Origin: a virus
Reading direction: 5' to 3' (one strand)
DNA length: 64,000 bases
IMG/VR virus record: IMGVR_UViG_3300023174_000064
Location: 64,001-128,000 of that record
Shown here: in pieces, positions 18,944 to 29,777 of the stretch
How positions within the stretch are numbered: the stretch's first letter is position 1
Layout of the letters: every line of letters starts with the position of its first letter
Made by a program: the position numbers and the translations under genes
Notes under the pieces: model-generated
The model's input: the letters and a program-made list of their open reading frames with translations, nothing else
Databases searched by the model: none
What the model was told of the DNA's origin: nothing

Positions 18944-20074
18944 TTAGCTAACCAAAACTTCTCCGGTAGCAGAATTAGTTACTCGTATTGTTATTGTCGA
19001 TACTGGATACACTAAATCAACAACCACATCTAATATTAGATTGCCCGCAGCTCGAACAGCTTGAGTATTATTTGATTCATCACATATTAAACTATAACTA
19101 GCAATACCATTATTTGCTAAAATACCATTCATTATAGGAGTAGCAGAATTTACTACTTGTAGACGTGTGATTGCATCGTTTATCTCAAACAAATACTGTT
19201 TTAGTGTTGTTGTTAATTGTTTTTTGATGTATAAAGCCAACATCATAGAATTTATTATACTTTGTGATGTACCAGATACCGGATATGAGGTTATATTACT
19301 TAAGAAGAAAGTTCCTTGTCCTGGTATTGAGTTTATTGGATTTACTCCACCAGCTGTAAAATAAGAGATATCACTATCTGAGAATTTTTGTGTCAGATAA
19401 AGAACATTTAAAATTCTACCATTCGTATAACCTGCAGGACTTATCCAAATATTATTACTTTCTGCTGTTCTGGCAAAACAACCAGCAACATCCGGACTCA
19501 TTCCACCATCATACACTGTAGCAACACCGGAATTAAGGTAAGTAAATTTTTTACGACCAGCAACGTAAGTGACGTATTTACTTAAAGTTTTTTGACCAAA
19601 ATCTGCCGTAAATCCGTCATAATTACTACTCATTGATAGAGTAGCAATATCTCTGTAATTACCAACAATAGCCATGCAGTCGGTTCTTGTTGTTGCTGCA
19701 TTTATTGCAGCACTCGAAGAAAAAGTATTACCACCATCAAAAATTACATCCAATTCTACTATATTTTTATTATGGAGAGGGCTGTTTGTTAATAAGTTCA
19801 CGTTGTAAAACGATCCAGTGGATCCGGTTCCACCAACAAAACAAGAACCACCGTATTGCAAATAATTCCAAACACCAAACCATTCTCCTTGCCAATCTCC
19901 AGTTGGTCCACTGGTGGCAAATGTAGAATTACTTAATCTGCCTAGCCAGTCATTTAAAGAAGAAACTGTCATTAAACCAGTTTCTTTTTCCGAAATTCCA
20001 TCAGAACCAGTTATACCAAATTTTGGTACAAGTCCTTTAAAAGAAACCATTCCAGCTTTTAGGTCTTGTGGCAT
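18944..20074 (-). CDS. gp18: Tail sheath protein (unusually short, 376 aa)
   Basis: NYLQYG, WISPAG...G.I, YLFEIND..TR, ICDESNNT; lies upstream of gp19. Confidence 0.88.
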   Translation of the reverse strand: MPQDLKAGMVSFKGLVPKFGITGSDGISEKETGLMTVSSLNDWLGRLSNSTFATSGPTGDWQGEWFGVWNYLQYGGSCFVGGTGSTGSFYNVNLLTNSPLHNKNIVELDVIFDGGNTFSSSAAINAATTRTDCMAIVGNYRDIATLSMSSNYDGFTADFGQKTLSKYVTYVAGRKKFTYLNSGVATVYDGGMSPDVAGCFARTAESNNIWISPAGYTNGRILNVLYLTQKFSDSDISYFTAGGVNPINSIPGQGTFFLSNITSYPVSGTSQSIINSMMLALYIKKQLTTTLKQYLFEINDAITRLQVVNSATPIMNGILANNGIASYSLICDESNNTQAVRAAGNLILDVVVDLVYPVSTITIRVTNSATGEVLVS

Positions 20075-20100
20075 TTATATAGTCCTTTATTCCGTTCCAA

Positions 20101-20108
20101 TATTTATG
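20101..20108 (-). promoter_or_regulatory. Late promoter CATAAATA (gp18)
   Basis: Near-consensus octamer. Confidence 0.65.
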
Positions 20109-20112
20109 TTTT

Positions 20113-21762
20113 TTAAAAATTCACTTGTCCTTCATCGTTATCATAGGAACTAATAAAACCAAAACTAAACCAATCGTCTTCTTCTATTTTTTTAATTTCT
20201 CCCTCAAACAGCTCTTTTCTGATATCAATATTAGTAATTTCTTTAAAATACGGCTGTTTTGTAAGCCAAGAGAATAGCACCAAACACATAACTAGGTCGT
20301 CTGTATGACCATCATCTGCACTAAAACTATTCCATTTTGCTACAAACGATAGTAATTCTTTTATTATTTCTTCGTCTTCAATAATTAATTTGTCTTGTTC
20401 TACCAAACTCTTTAGGATAGAACAACCTAATTTTTTTACTATAGCAGTCGTTCTTACTCCAAATAACGTTTCACCTTTACCAAATCCGCCGTTTAATACC
20501 ATTCCAGCTCGGCCTTTATTCATGCTAGTTAGCAAGTTATCATATTCCAGATCGTAATGTAAAATATCAGCAACCTGTCCACCAATATCATTTACTTCTA
20601 CTAACATGTAAGCATTATTGTATTTTTTACCTAAAGCAGCTAAAATGGTAGGATAGAGCATAGGTGAAATAATATTATTTCTATATTTTGCCACAATTTT
20701 GTATGGCGATTCTGTTATATCAAATACCACTGCAGCACTGTAATCTTTTCCTTGTCCTCTGGAGGTATCCACAGTTATCACATATGCTCTGTTGGGCTTA
20801 GGTTCCTCGTATACCGAAAATCCTTCGGCTGATCTGGATAACGGTCTTTTAGAAACCAACACATGTAGTTTAGAAGTAGAAATTAGTGTGTTAGACGAAC
20901 CAATAAAGTCACAATCATATTCGCTTTTAAACTTCTGTTCACCACCAGAACCGCCACCTAATTGCTTAATAGTTCGTTGTTTCCATTTATCGTCTCGTAG
21001 CGGACCACCCGGATATAGAGGAACTTGGCTCCAATGTACCTCTACTGGCACGTATTCGTTCTTGCCTTCTTCTCCGGCCTTCCTAGAGGCTCCCTGCCAA
21101 AGGTTGTAAAACATGTTTAAACCGTTTGGTGTCGATACTATGATGACTTTAGTGGTTTGACCGGATGTAATAGTCGGATACACCGAGCTAAAAAACTCAT
21201 CCGCAATATTAGCTGGAACGTGGGCAAACTCATCCATAAAGATTACGTTATACGAACCACCGCGAACAGCAGAAGCAGAGGTGGCAGATGCCAAAACACG
21301 AGATCCATTTTCTAACTGAATAGAAGTCTTGTTCCACTCAACCACACCGTGTTGAAGCCATTTTGGAAGATACTCGTAAGCTTCTTTTAAACGCTTCATA
21401 ATTTCCATAGCAGTCTTCATCTTGTTGGCAAGAATGGCTATGTTTACGTTTTGATTAAATATTAAATAATGAACCATCCAAGCAACAGTGGTTGTAGTTT
21501 TACCGGTCTGTCGAGGTAGCTTGGCAATAACAAAACGATTATCTTGGATTGTTCTAACAATATTTTCTTGATAATCATACAACCCAAAAGACTCAAGACC
21601 TTTATCTGTAGTTACAATCTTAATGTATTTTTTAATAAAATATACTGGATCGTTCGCACATTTAATGTACTCTTCAACTTGCTCTTTAGTAAATTCAATA
21701 GAAACCCCAATCTCTTTAAGATTAGGATTGCCAAGATAACCTGATTTTTTTTTATATCCCAT
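20113..21762 (-). CDS. gp17: Terminase large subunit
   Basis: YLGNPNLK, PRQTGKTT, DEFAHV, STPNGLN, DTSRGQGKDYS, HTDDLVM. Confidence 0.98.
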   Translation of the reverse strand: MGYKKKSGYLGNPNLKEIGVSIEFTKEQVEEYIKCANDPVYFIKKYIKIVTTDKGLESFGLYDYQENIVRTIQDNRFVIAKLPRQTGKTTTTVAWMVHYLIFNQNVNIAILANKMKTAMEIMKRLKEAYEYLPKWLQHGVVEWNKTSIQLENGSRVLASATSASAVRGGSYNVIFMDEFAHVPANIADEFFSSVYPTITSGQTTKVIIVSTPNGLNMFYNLWQGASRKAGEEGKNEYVPVEVHWSQVPLYPGGPLRDDKWKQRTIKQLGGGSGGEQKFKSEYDCDFIGSSNTLISTSKLHVLVSKRPLSRSAEGFSVYEEPKPNRAYVITVDTSRGQGKDYSAAVVFDITESPYKIVAKYRNNIISPMLYPTILAALGKKYNNAYMLVEVNDIGGQVADILHYDLEYDNLLTSMNKGRAGMVLNGGFGKGETLFGVRTTAIVKKLGCSILKSLVEQDKLIIEDEEIIKELLSFVAKWNSFSADDGHTDDLVMCLVLFSWLTKQPYFKEITNIDIRKELFEGEIKKIEEDDWFSFGFISSYDNDEGQVNF

Positions 21763-22189
21763 CGTCTAAAAATTTCTGGCTGTCAAGAGCCTTGTTTCTG
21801 CTGCGATCTTTGTTTATTAGATCTTGTAATTCACTGGTAGAACCAACGTAAATTGAATTGTTAGTTGTATGATTAACTTTAATTTCTTCTTTCTTGATTG
21901 CTTTAGATTTTTGATATAAATCTATTAAATCTTTATTCATTTCTGAGACAGTTTTTAATAACTGTCCAAGAACTTCATAAGCTCTTGGTGAATCACCTGC
22001 TTTTGCAACTTTAAGAATTTCGTCTATTGCGCAAGAACCATTATCAATCAATCCTTTAATGTTATCACGAACATAATTAAAATCTGCATCAAGACTAACA
22101 CCTGTAGTGTTGTCTTTTTTTATGATAACTGGTTCCGATCCTTTAAATTCTATACCTAAATTTTGAGAAATAATATCAGAAGAATCCAT
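21752..22189 (-). CDS. gp16: Terminase small subunit
   Basis: SPRAYEV, NNSIYVGSTSELQ. Confidence 0.92.
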   Translation of the reverse strand: MDSSDIISQNLGIEFKGSEPVIIKKDNTTGVSLDADFNYVRDNIKGLIDNGSCAIDEILKVAKAGDSPRAYEVLGQLLKTVSEMNKDLIDLYQKSKAIKKEEIKVNHTTNNSIYVGSTSELQDLINKDRSRNKALDSQKFLDDGI

Positions 22190-22194
22190 ATAAT

Positions 22195-22863
22195 TTATAC
22201 ATTTCCATTTATAAGAGTTACTCCATCAATATCATATACATTAAAATTAACAGTTCGAATACTTGTACCAGTAGTAATTTTTCCATAAATGTACGATTTT
22301 GCAACAAACTGATAAGAACTAACAATAAATCTTCTGGTACTAAAATCACCTTCAAATTCTTGAGTTAAATTGCTGGTTGCTATACTAACAGGAACATCTA
22401 TATTTTGGCTTAAACTATTCATATTTACTGATATTAAAAATTCAGGAGAAAAATAAGGAAGAATTTGTTCCATTATTTGTAAATTTTCTTCTAAATTTCT
22501 AGTAAAAATACTTAAATTAAACACAAAATTATAAGGAACTTCGGCATAGGAATAACTGGCGGTTAGACCGTTATTGCTTATTTTTTTGTTTGTTTTATTT
22601 AATTTTCGTATAGGATCGTATATTATCTGAGACAATTCAAATGACATTCTAGGAAGAGAAATTTCTATACGTGTTTTATCGCTTATTGAACTGGGTTCAA
22701 TTAAACGTTTTATAAATTTTTCTTTTGCAGTGTACATCAAAGGAACAGTGAATATTCTTTCATCGCCATTTTCATCTGTCTGCTGTAGTTCAACGCCATT
22801 AAAAAGACTTCCAAAAGCAATAACGAGTTTTCTGATAGAATCATTTTTATAGTGTGAAAACAT
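22195..22863 (-). CDS. gp15: Tail sheath stabiliser / terminator
   Basis: IRKLVIAFGSLFN, LPRMSFE, QIMEQILPYFSP. Confidence 0.94.
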   Translation of the reverse strand: MFSHYKNDSIRKLVIAFGSLFNGVELQQTDENGDERIFTVPLMYTAKEKFIKRLIEPSSISDKTRIEISLPRMSFELSQIIYDPIRKLNKTNKKISNNGLTASYSYAEVPYNFVFNLSIFTRNLEENLQIMEQILPYFSPEFLISVNMNSLSQNIDVPVSIATSNLTQEFEGDFSTRRFIVSSYQFVAKSYIYGKITTGTSIRTVNFNVYDIDGVTLINGNV

Positions 22864-23792
22864 TAATAATTTCCTTCAGAGAATGGATCAGTTTCTGTGA
22901 AATTTATTATATCAGAATTTGTAGCTTCTTTTTCTATGTCATCATTATCACCAGCTGGTGTTTTATCTTCACTAGAAACAAGCACGATATTTGTTGTTTC
23001 GCCCACAATAGAAGTAACGTAACACTCTATACCGCTGTCTACACCCTTTAGAGTTTGTGATGTTTCTATATTTCCTGTGACATTCACTAATTCTAGATAA
23101 CCGTTTCCTGCAGGTTTAATTGCAACATAACCAACCCCAGTTGCATTTTGTTCCAGTGCGTCTTGTTCCCTGAATCCGTATACTTGATACACCTTTTCTC
23201 CCGGATAATAAGTGTGTAAAGTTATTCCAGCTATATCGTTGCCAATTGCATATTTTTGAGTATACTGGCGGCTTTCTTCTTGTAGTGCATCGATATCTGT
23301 GGTTCCTGTAGTTACGTTCTCTTGATCGTAAGTAAACAGCTCGCATGTTAAACGATACGAATACAATTTTCCTTGTTGATAAAAGGGATTTTCGTGTTCC
23401 ACAAAATTTATTTCAAACATAGATTTTGAGAGTGGAAAATAAATTAAATCTCCTTCTCTTGGTCGAGTAATTTCAGAAAATCTAGTTTGGACTTCTTGTA
23501 TAAAGCGTTTTTTAGATAAAGTAAGAAATATATTATCTTTAATTTCAATTCCAAATTTACTGGCAATATCACCTTGGCCCCTAAATCCGGTAACAGAATC
23601 AATATACATTTCTAATGGTACAGAATCTTTGTAAGATACTTGATTTCCTTCACCAAAAATTTTATCAAATACTACCATATTTCTTGGAATGTAATACATT
23701 TCTCTGCCCATCGTTTTAATTATTTCAATGGTCAGATCTTCTGTTACGTCTTGTTCACCAGAATAATCTTTAAAATATGGATTAGTGGGCAT
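22863..23792 (-). CDS. gp14: Neck protein
   Basis: YYIPR, RPREGDLIYFP, FEINFVEHENPFYQ. Confidence 0.94.
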   Translation of the reverse strand: MPTNPYFKDYSGEQDVTEDLTIEIIKTMGREMYYIPRNMVVFDKIFGEGNQVSYKDSVPLEMYIDSVTGFRGQGDIASKFGIEIKDNIFLTLSKKRFIQEVQTRFSEITRPREGDLIYFPLSKSMFEINFVEHENPFYQQGKLYSYRLTCELFTYDQENVTTGTTDIDALQEESRQYTQKYAIGNDIAGITLHTYYPGEKVYQVYGFREQDALEQNATGVGYVAIKPAGNGYLELVNVTGNIETSQTLKGVDSGIECYVTSIVGETTNIVLVSSEDKTPAGDNDDIEKEATNSDIINFTETDPFSEGNY

Positions 23793-23793
23793 A

Positions 23794-24594
23794 TTAACCT
23801 GTCATGAAATCAATTGGCAATTCGTAACTACGTAGGACATCTGCTTCTATTTGTGCTATTTCTGAAGTTGCTTCTGCAAAAATTTGAGCACCGCGCATAG
23901 TGACACCACCGGGTAATTGCACTCCCTCAAACTTAGACATGTTTGCTCCCCATTGACGCTTTATAAGAGCAGTCAAATATCTCTTCAAATAACGATCATT
24001 AAATATTTCAGTGTATTTTTCTGGATCTAAAGCAGCATACGCCAAAATACAAATCCAATTTCCTGCTTTTGCTTCTTCGCTCCAATTCATGTCAAGATAA
24101 AGACGATTGGTTACTTTGCTGAACTCAATAGCCTTTTCTGGTTGAAACATGTCTTGAATTAATTGAATGTATCGTTTTGTGGAATCATAAGAAGCCAGAC
24201 CCATAGAGTAAACACCACTTAAATTTCTATTAATACCAAAATAATCAGTTAGTGCTAATTGATAACGAACGTCAAACATGTTGATATTTGAAAACGCACC
24301 AAATTGCATAACTTTAACTACCGATACTATTTGTTTGCCAGTCGGGCCATCCGCTTCATTTGGTGATAAAATATTTTCTGTATTGATATAACGATTATCG
24401 ATATCTTGTTGGGTTACTTGATATTTAAAAAATACTTTTTCTACACCATCAAAATGACGTTCTGTGAAGTATTGAAGAGCGTCGTCTAAACGGTCTTCGC
24501 ACTGTTCCCAATCCACGTTGATTTCGACAACAGGAGCTCCTAATTGTCGCAAACTATATTGAATTAATGATTCTCTGGAATTTGGTGTTGCCAT
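23794..24594 (-). CDS. gp13: Neck protein
   Basis: LRQLGAPVVEINV, HFDG, IKRQWGANMSKFEGVQLPGG. Confidence 0.95.
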   Translation of the reverse strand: MATPNSRESLIQYSLRQLGAPVVEINVDWEQCEDRLDDALQYFTERHFDGVEKVFFKYQVTQQDIDNRYINTENILSPNEADGPTGKQIVSVVKVMQFGAFSNINMFDVRYQLALTDYFGINRNLSGVYSMGLASYDSTKRYIQLIQDMFQPEKAIEFSKVTNRLYLDMNWSEEAKAGNWICILAYAALDPEKYTEIFNDRYLKRYLTALIKRQWGANMSKFEGVQLPGGVTMRGAQIFAEATSEIAQIEADVLRSYELPIDFMTG

Positions 24595-24606
24595 GGTTGT
24601 TAAATA

Positions 24607-24614
24607 TATTTATG
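24607..24614 (-). promoter_or_regulatory. Late promoter CATAAATA (gp13)
   Basis: Near-consensus octamer. Confidence 0.65.
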
Positions 24615-24640
24615 GCAAACAACAATTTACCAATTAGATA

Positions 24641-25162
24641 TTATTCTAAATTTGTGCCTTCTGGTGGGGCGTGAACGTTTACAGGAATTTTCATAACTTC
24701 ACTATAATCTATAGTTTCAATATAGTATTTTCTACTAATAGGCTCTGTTTTTTCGTCTGAATTACTGGGTTCGTAATTTGAAAATCCGGGCATTTTAAGA
24801 GGACAATTTAATTTTGGGTAGTCTAGTTTGCTGTACTCTTCTGATGTTCCAGTCAACCAACTTCTTGGTTTATCACCACAACCACATCCACCACAGTAAA
24901 ATTTGCCTGCAGTTTCGCTGGTTTTGAGATGTTGACATGGTGGCAATTCACCACCATTTGATTGATTACCAAAACATCCCAAAACTCTGAGTTGTTTTGT
25001 TGGCGTATCAATCTTATTATCAGCAAATCCTCTAGACACAATTGCCTGAGCAAAACTTTGTATCAACCCTAGTTTTGTTGATAAGATATTTTTTACTTGT
25101 TGCTCTGGTGGTTCTTCTCTAAACTGTTCATTTTGTTTGTTTTTATTGCATCCACAACCCAT
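24641..25162 (-). CDS. Cys-rich hypothetical protein (CGCG...KL...CPL family)
   Basis: MGCGCNK, FYCGGCGCG, KLDYPKLNCPL. Confidence 0.75.
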   Translation of the reverse strand: MGCGCNKNKQNEQFREEPPEQQVKNILSTKLGLIQSFAQAIVSRGFADNKIDTPTKQLRVLGCFGNQSNGGELPPCQHLKTSETAGKFYCGGCGCGDKPRSWLTGTSEEYSKLDYPKLNCPLKMPGFSNYEPSNSDEKTEPISRKYYIETIDYSEVMKIPVNVHAPPEGTNLE

Positions 25163-25190
25163 AATATAATCCTTTCACTTACTATACTAT

Positions 25191-28100
25191 TTATCCGGTC
25201 AAACCTACTGGTGTCAAAGTATAATAACCAGTGAATATTGCTGTTTGTCTTGTTTGTGGTAAAAGATACAAAATAGCATCATTTCCGTTAATATTACAAC
25301 CAAGGTCCCAAGTAAGACGGCTAGGATGTGCTGTAAGATTTATTGCTACTACGTAAGTTTGTCTATCAGTTCCGTCACTAGAAACTCCATCGTGAACAAT
25401 AAGATCTTTTCTACCAATATAGTATCCAGTTGGAATTGGTGCGCCCACAGGCTCCACCCCAATTCCACTTGGCCAAACACCTTGAGAGGTATTTTGATCA
25501 ATGATGTTTACTGTTGAAGTAACATCTATCATATTATATTGATTTTTATTAAATCTGGCTACTTCGGCACTTAAACCTGTTTTAGACACAATTTTAAATG
25601 CATTCATTATTACTCTATTGTTTTCGGTAATACCCATTACTCGACCAAAACTAAAAGTGCCTCCAGAAACAACAGATCCTGTAAATGTAGCACCGGATGC
25701 ACTTAAACCGGCAGCAAAAATTTGTTGAGCAGTAAATGTGTTTGTTACATTTGTTGCTGCACCGCTTGTTGATATGGTAACTGCGCCAGTTAAGCCGTTA
25801 ACAGAAGACACCAGATTTGTAAATGACTGTCCGTTTAGACTCATCGTTCCACTTAACGTGGCACCGGATGCACTTAAACCATTTGGAAGTTGTAATTGCC
25901 CGTAAATAGTGGCAGATTGTTGTAGTGTGGTACCTAATACCGCAGTATTAGAACCTAAACCAATAGCATTAGTACCAATTACTATTTCGTTAATTTGGCT
26001 ATTTGCAGAAGCACGAGTATTATAACCTATGAAAACACCACCTGTTACTGATGTTAATGAAGTTCCTGATCCGAAGTACCTACCAGCATCATATCCTATA
26101 CCAGTATTATTACTGCCTGTTATATTTGATCTAAGTGCCTGCGTACCAATTGCCACGTTACTGCTGCCTGATGTGTTTGATGTTAGAGTATTGAAACCAA
26201 CAGCGGTATTGTCTTGACCACCAACATTACTGCTCAAAGCACCACTACCAAAAGCAGAATTTTCAGTACCAGAAATGTTTGCTGTCAGTGCATTAAAACC
26301 AACACCAGTATTATCAGCACCGTTAGTGTTGACCAATAAAGATCCAGAACCAACAGCAACATTATGAGTTCCTGTGGTGTTTGCGTTTAAAGCCCCAGAA
26401 CCAAGAGCCGCATTTGAAGTAAGATTTCCAGCACCAATACCAACACTAGCACTATTAACAGTAATATCTTTAGTGAAAGCTACACCAGTAATGCCACTGG
26501 GAACCGACAGTAAACCACGTAGTGTGGTGGATGTTGTATCGGTATTACCTATAACTGTAGTGTTTGATCCGTTACCAATAGCATCATAACCTATTACTAT
26601 TTCATTTGTTTGATCATTTGCCCCAGGAGAACAGTCTGCACCTATAAAAATAGAAGCAGTACAGCCAGTATGGTCATCACCATCTGGTAAAAATGCTCCA
26701 GCAGCATATCCTACAGAAACATAACTGTAACCGTCCAGATAATATCCGGAGAAAGCTCCTATACTGGTATTCCATTTTTTATTGTTATTGGCTCCAACGC
26801 TAGTGCCTATGAAAACGTTGTCTTCTTGGCCCAATCCGGTGTTTAAACCAATTCCAATTGATTGTAACGGTCTCGATATTAAACCAGAACCACCGCTTTG
26901 AAATCCAATACCAACACAAGATTCTGGATATAATGCATCTGTGCCTGCTCTACAGCCTATAAAAGTACAATTCTGTGCCCCTGCGGCTTGGCGGCCTTGA
27001 CCGTATTGCGGGCCGTTTCCTCCCGCGTTATATCCTATAAAAACATTTTCTTCGCGAATAGCAGTACATCCGTTGAGTACCTCGTGACCTATTAATACGT
27101 TTCTAAATGGTTGGCCACCAGTAACATATTGAGAAGAAAATAATGGATCTAATATGTTGTCACCAATAACAATAGTATTCGATACGCCGTTTCCTGCAGT
27201 ACTACCATTATCCGCAAAAATACGAGATCCAATACCAATATTATTCCCGTAAGTATACCTGTAAAACTGAGTCGTTCCTGAGACAACCTCTCTGGTTACA
27301 CCAAATCGTGCAATTGTTGTATACTGAGCAGTAAGCCCTACATGTTGGGCACCTAGTATTGGAAGATCAGGTTGTGTTGATGGTATACCAGCAATATTCG
27401 GATAAAACTGGTGATATAATTTTATATTTCCCGCATTTGTTATTCCACCATAACCTATACTACTGATAAGTGTTTCACCTCTAATTACTGTGGAATATAT
27501 AAACCATCCACATACTCCAAGTACAGCCTGGTAACCAGAATACGTAATTCCTTTTTCTGTTGTATAATTACCAAAAATTTGTAATTTTGTTGTTAAAGTT
27601 GTACCAATCACCGCAGTATTGGAACCTAAACCTACCGCATCAGCACCAATTACAATTTCATTGTTTGATAATGAACCAGTATTTACTCGGGTATTATAAC
27701 CTAATAGTACGGATTTGCTTGTGGTTGAGGAATTTTTTCCTGCCTCTGTACCAACAGCAGTATTGTAATTACCGCTTACCATATTGGTCAATGCTTGATA
27801 ACCAACACCCAGATTTCCTGTTGCTGTATTAGCTGCCAGCGCAGCAGAACCCACTGCAGTATTGTAATTACCTGATGAGTTTGTTGATAAGCTGTTATAA
27901 CCTACTGCAGTATTATCATTTCCGTTATTGTTTTGTAGTAAAGAGGAAGCACCAATTCCAGTGTTGTCTTCACCATTTCCATTACTGACTAATGCATTAG
28001 AACCTAATGCAGTATTGAAATTACCTGATGTGTTGTTAAATAAGCTGTTATAACCTACTGCAGTATTATCGTTTCCGTCTGTATTACTGCTTAATACATC

Positions 28101-29045
28101 GACGCCAACAGCTGTGGATTGATTTGGATTTTTACCACGACCAACAGTAATAGTATTAACACGTATATCTGCACCAAACGTGGCACCAGCCGCACTTATA
28201 CCAGCATTAAATGTTTGTACTGGAGTAAACACATTCGCCACTGATGTAGTAACACCAGTAACAGCACCAGTTAATCCGTTAAATGTAGCCACACCAGTTA
28301 AATTACCGGTTAATCCGTTTAAACTACTCACAACATTAGTTACTGTTGGTATACTTGCAGTTAAAGATCCAGTAATGGTAACATTTCCGTTAAAAACAGA
28401 AGCAGCATTAACTGTTAAATTACCGTTTAATGTAGCATTTCCATTTAATGTGGCACCAGCCGCACTTATACCAGCATTAAATGTTTGTACTGGAGTAAAC
28501 ACATTCGCCACTGATGTAGTAACACCAGTAACAGCACCAGTTAATCCGTTGAATGAAGCCACACCACTAACACTATTTGGATTAAATCCTGGAGCAATTA
28601 AATTTCCAGTTATTACGACATTACCATTAAATGTGGCACCACTAGCAGAAATACCTGCTGTGTATTCTTGTAGCGTGGTAAAAATCTGTGTGGTGTCTAA
28701 TCTTGCAATATTTTCTATTGCTCCAAACGATCCGTTTACCGACAAAACGCCAGCATTTGTTATTATGGGATTAGTAGTACCAGTGATGGTTATACCAGAA
28801 TTACCGGATCTAATTCCTGTGACACCAGAAACAGCACCAGTTAAACCATTAAAAGAACTTACGTAATTACTAAAAGTAACAACTCCAGTTAATCCATTAA
28901 ATGCCGCAACATAATCTCCACTAATACCAGTTGAGAGAGACCCACCACATATTCCAGCATTAACAGCTGCAATTAAACTGTTTGTTGTATTGAATAGTGT
29001 TTGAAAAGTATCGTTGCCAGTTAATGAAGTTATTGGTGTTGACAT
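25191..29045 (-). CDS. Tail fibre / adhesin-like protein with Gly/Thr/Asn-rich repeats
   Basis: Fibre-type N-terminus (DTFQTLFNTTN), repeated VxSFNGLTGAV, about 17-aa NTAVGxxxLxxNxxGxx autotransporter-like repeats. Confidence 0.8.
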   Translation of the reverse strand: MSTPITSLTGNDTFQTLFNTTNSLIAAVNAGICGGSLSTGISGDYVAAFNGLTGVVTFSNYVSSFNGLTGAVSGVTGIRSGNSGITITGTTNPIITNAGVLSVNGSFGAIENIARLDTTQIFTTLQEYTAGISASGATFNGNVVITGNLIAPGFNPNSVSGVASFNGLTGAVTGVTTSVANVFTPVQTFNAGISAAGATLNGNATLNGNLTVNAASVFNGNVTITGSLTASIPTVTNVVSSLNGLTGNLTGVATFNGLTGAVTGVTTSVANVFTPVQTFNAGISAAGATFGADIRVNTITVGRGKNPNQSTAVGVDVLSSNTDGNDNTAVGYNSLFNNTSGNFNTALGSNALVSNGNGEDNTGIGASSLLQNNNGNDNTAVGYNSLSTNSSGNYNTAVGSAALAANTATGNLGVGYQALTNMVSGNYNTAVGTEAGKNSSTTSKSVLLGYNTRVNTGSLSNNEIVIGADAVGLGSNTAVIGTTLTTKLQIFGNYTTEKGITYSGYQAVLGVCGWFIYSTVIRGETLISSIGYGGITNAGNIKLYHQFYPNIAGIPSTQPDLPILGAQHVGLTAQYTTIARFGVTREVVSGTTQFYRYTYGNNIGIGSRIFADNGSTAGNGVSNTIVIGDNILDPLFSSQYVTGGQPFRNVLIGHEVLNGCTAIREENVFIGYNAGGNGPQYGQGRQAAGAQNCTFIGCRAGTDALYPESCVGIGFQSGGSGLISRPLQSIGIGLNTGLGQEDNVFIGTSVGANNNKKWNTSIGAFSGYYLDGYSYVSVGYAAGAFLPDGDDHTGCTASIFIGADCSPGANDQTNEIVIGYDAIGNGSNTTVIGNTDTTSTTLRGLLSVPSGITGVAFTKDITVNSASVGIGAGNLTSNAALGSGALNANTTGTHNVAVGSGSLLVNTNGADNTGVGFNALTANISGTENSAFGSGALSSNVGGQDNTAVGFNTLTSNTSGSSNVAIGTQALRSNITGSNNTGIGYDAGRYFGSGTSLTSVTGGVFIGYNTRASANSQINEIVIGTNAIGLGSNTAVLGTTLQQSATIYGQLQLPNGLSASGATLSGTMSLNGQSFTNLVSSVNGLTGAVTISTSGAATNVTNTFTAQQIFAAGLSASGATFTGSVVSGGTFSFGRVMGITENNRVIMNAFKIVSKTGLSAEVARFNKNQYNMIDVTSTVNIIDQNTSQGVWPSGIGVEPVGAPIPTGYYIGRKDLIVHDGVSSDGTDRQTYVVAINLTAHPSRLTWDLGCNINGNDAILYLLPQTRQTAIFTGYYTLTPVGLTG
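28180..28550. repeat. Exact 101-bp direct repeat (28180-28280 and 28450-28550)
   Basis: Identical sequence 270 bp apart inside the fibre gene. Confidence 0.9.
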
Positions 29046-29063
29046 TGTAAGTTAAACTTTCCT

Positions 29064-29753
29064 TTAAATAATACTTCTGATTGTTAATCCGTTTCGGAAA
29101 CCAATATAACCAGTCGTTCCCGTTCTGACTGCAGTAAATATAGGAACCATGTATTCTCCAGTTCCTGCAGTTCTACCAAAACCACTGATTTGTAATTTTA
29201 ATCTGTCTGCACCACAAGGTCCGTTTACAAAATTCATATTATGGGAATCTTGTAGTGTTCTGTCTTGTGTTGTGCCTGCTGTATCGTTTGTTGTGCAACT
29301 AATAGTTACTGGTTTGATCACCATACCGTAATCTCCAGTACTTCCTGTTGCTCCAGTAAATCCACTCATAATAGTTCTTGCAGTATTATTATAAACCCAA
29401 ACACCAAGACCGCCATTAGTGTTATTGTGTTTGATGAGATACCATCCAGCACTTCCTGTTGCAGTAATAGAAGTAGAACCACTAGAAGAAATCAGAGAAG
29501 AAGTATAAGGCGTACATCCATCCCAAGGAACGGTTCCAGCTGTCCATCCCTGACTTTGTAAACCACTATTTAATGTATTTTGTACATAAAATATTTCTTG
29601 AATTTCATTTAATTCAGATGCTTGTAGTGGATATCCTGCTTTAAATGCAACAGCATAATAATTTTTTGAAGCGTTTATTTGAGATTCTACTCTGCTTCTA
29701 AAAGGATTTTGGTTGAACGGAAATCCGCCTGTAAATGGTGTTGGTATTGGCAT
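29064..29753 (-). CDS. Virion structural protein (short DUF4815/VrlC-like N-terminal domain)
   Basis: KNYYAVAFKAGYPLQASELNEIQ and GADRLK motifs. Confidence 0.7.
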   Translation of the reverse strand: MPIPTPFTGGFPFNQNPFRSRVESQINASKNYYAVAFKAGYPLQASELNEIQEIFYVQNTLNSGLQSQGWTAGTVPWDGCTPYTSSLISSSGSTSITATGSAGWYLIKHNNTNGGLGVWVYNNTARTIMSGFTGATGSTGDYGMVIKPVTISCTTNDTAGTTQDRTLQDSHNMNFVNGPCGADRLKLQISGFGRTAGTGEYMVPIFTAVRTGTTGYIGFRNGLTIRSII

Positions 29754-29777
29754 AATTCTATTTTATTTAGTATAAAT

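Noticed and set aside
20113-21762. Intein or intron in terminase or other core genes
   Set aside because: Lengths are normal and motifs continuous; only a short Gly-rich loop is inserted
28180-28550. Possible DGR template/variable repeat pair
   Set aside because: Copies are identical, with no adenine-specific variation and no reverse transcriptase in the window
28180-28866. 228-aa plus-strand ORF and other antisense ORFs in the track
   Set aside because: Shadow frames of the repetitive fibre gene and of core genes; no RBS, promoter or motifs
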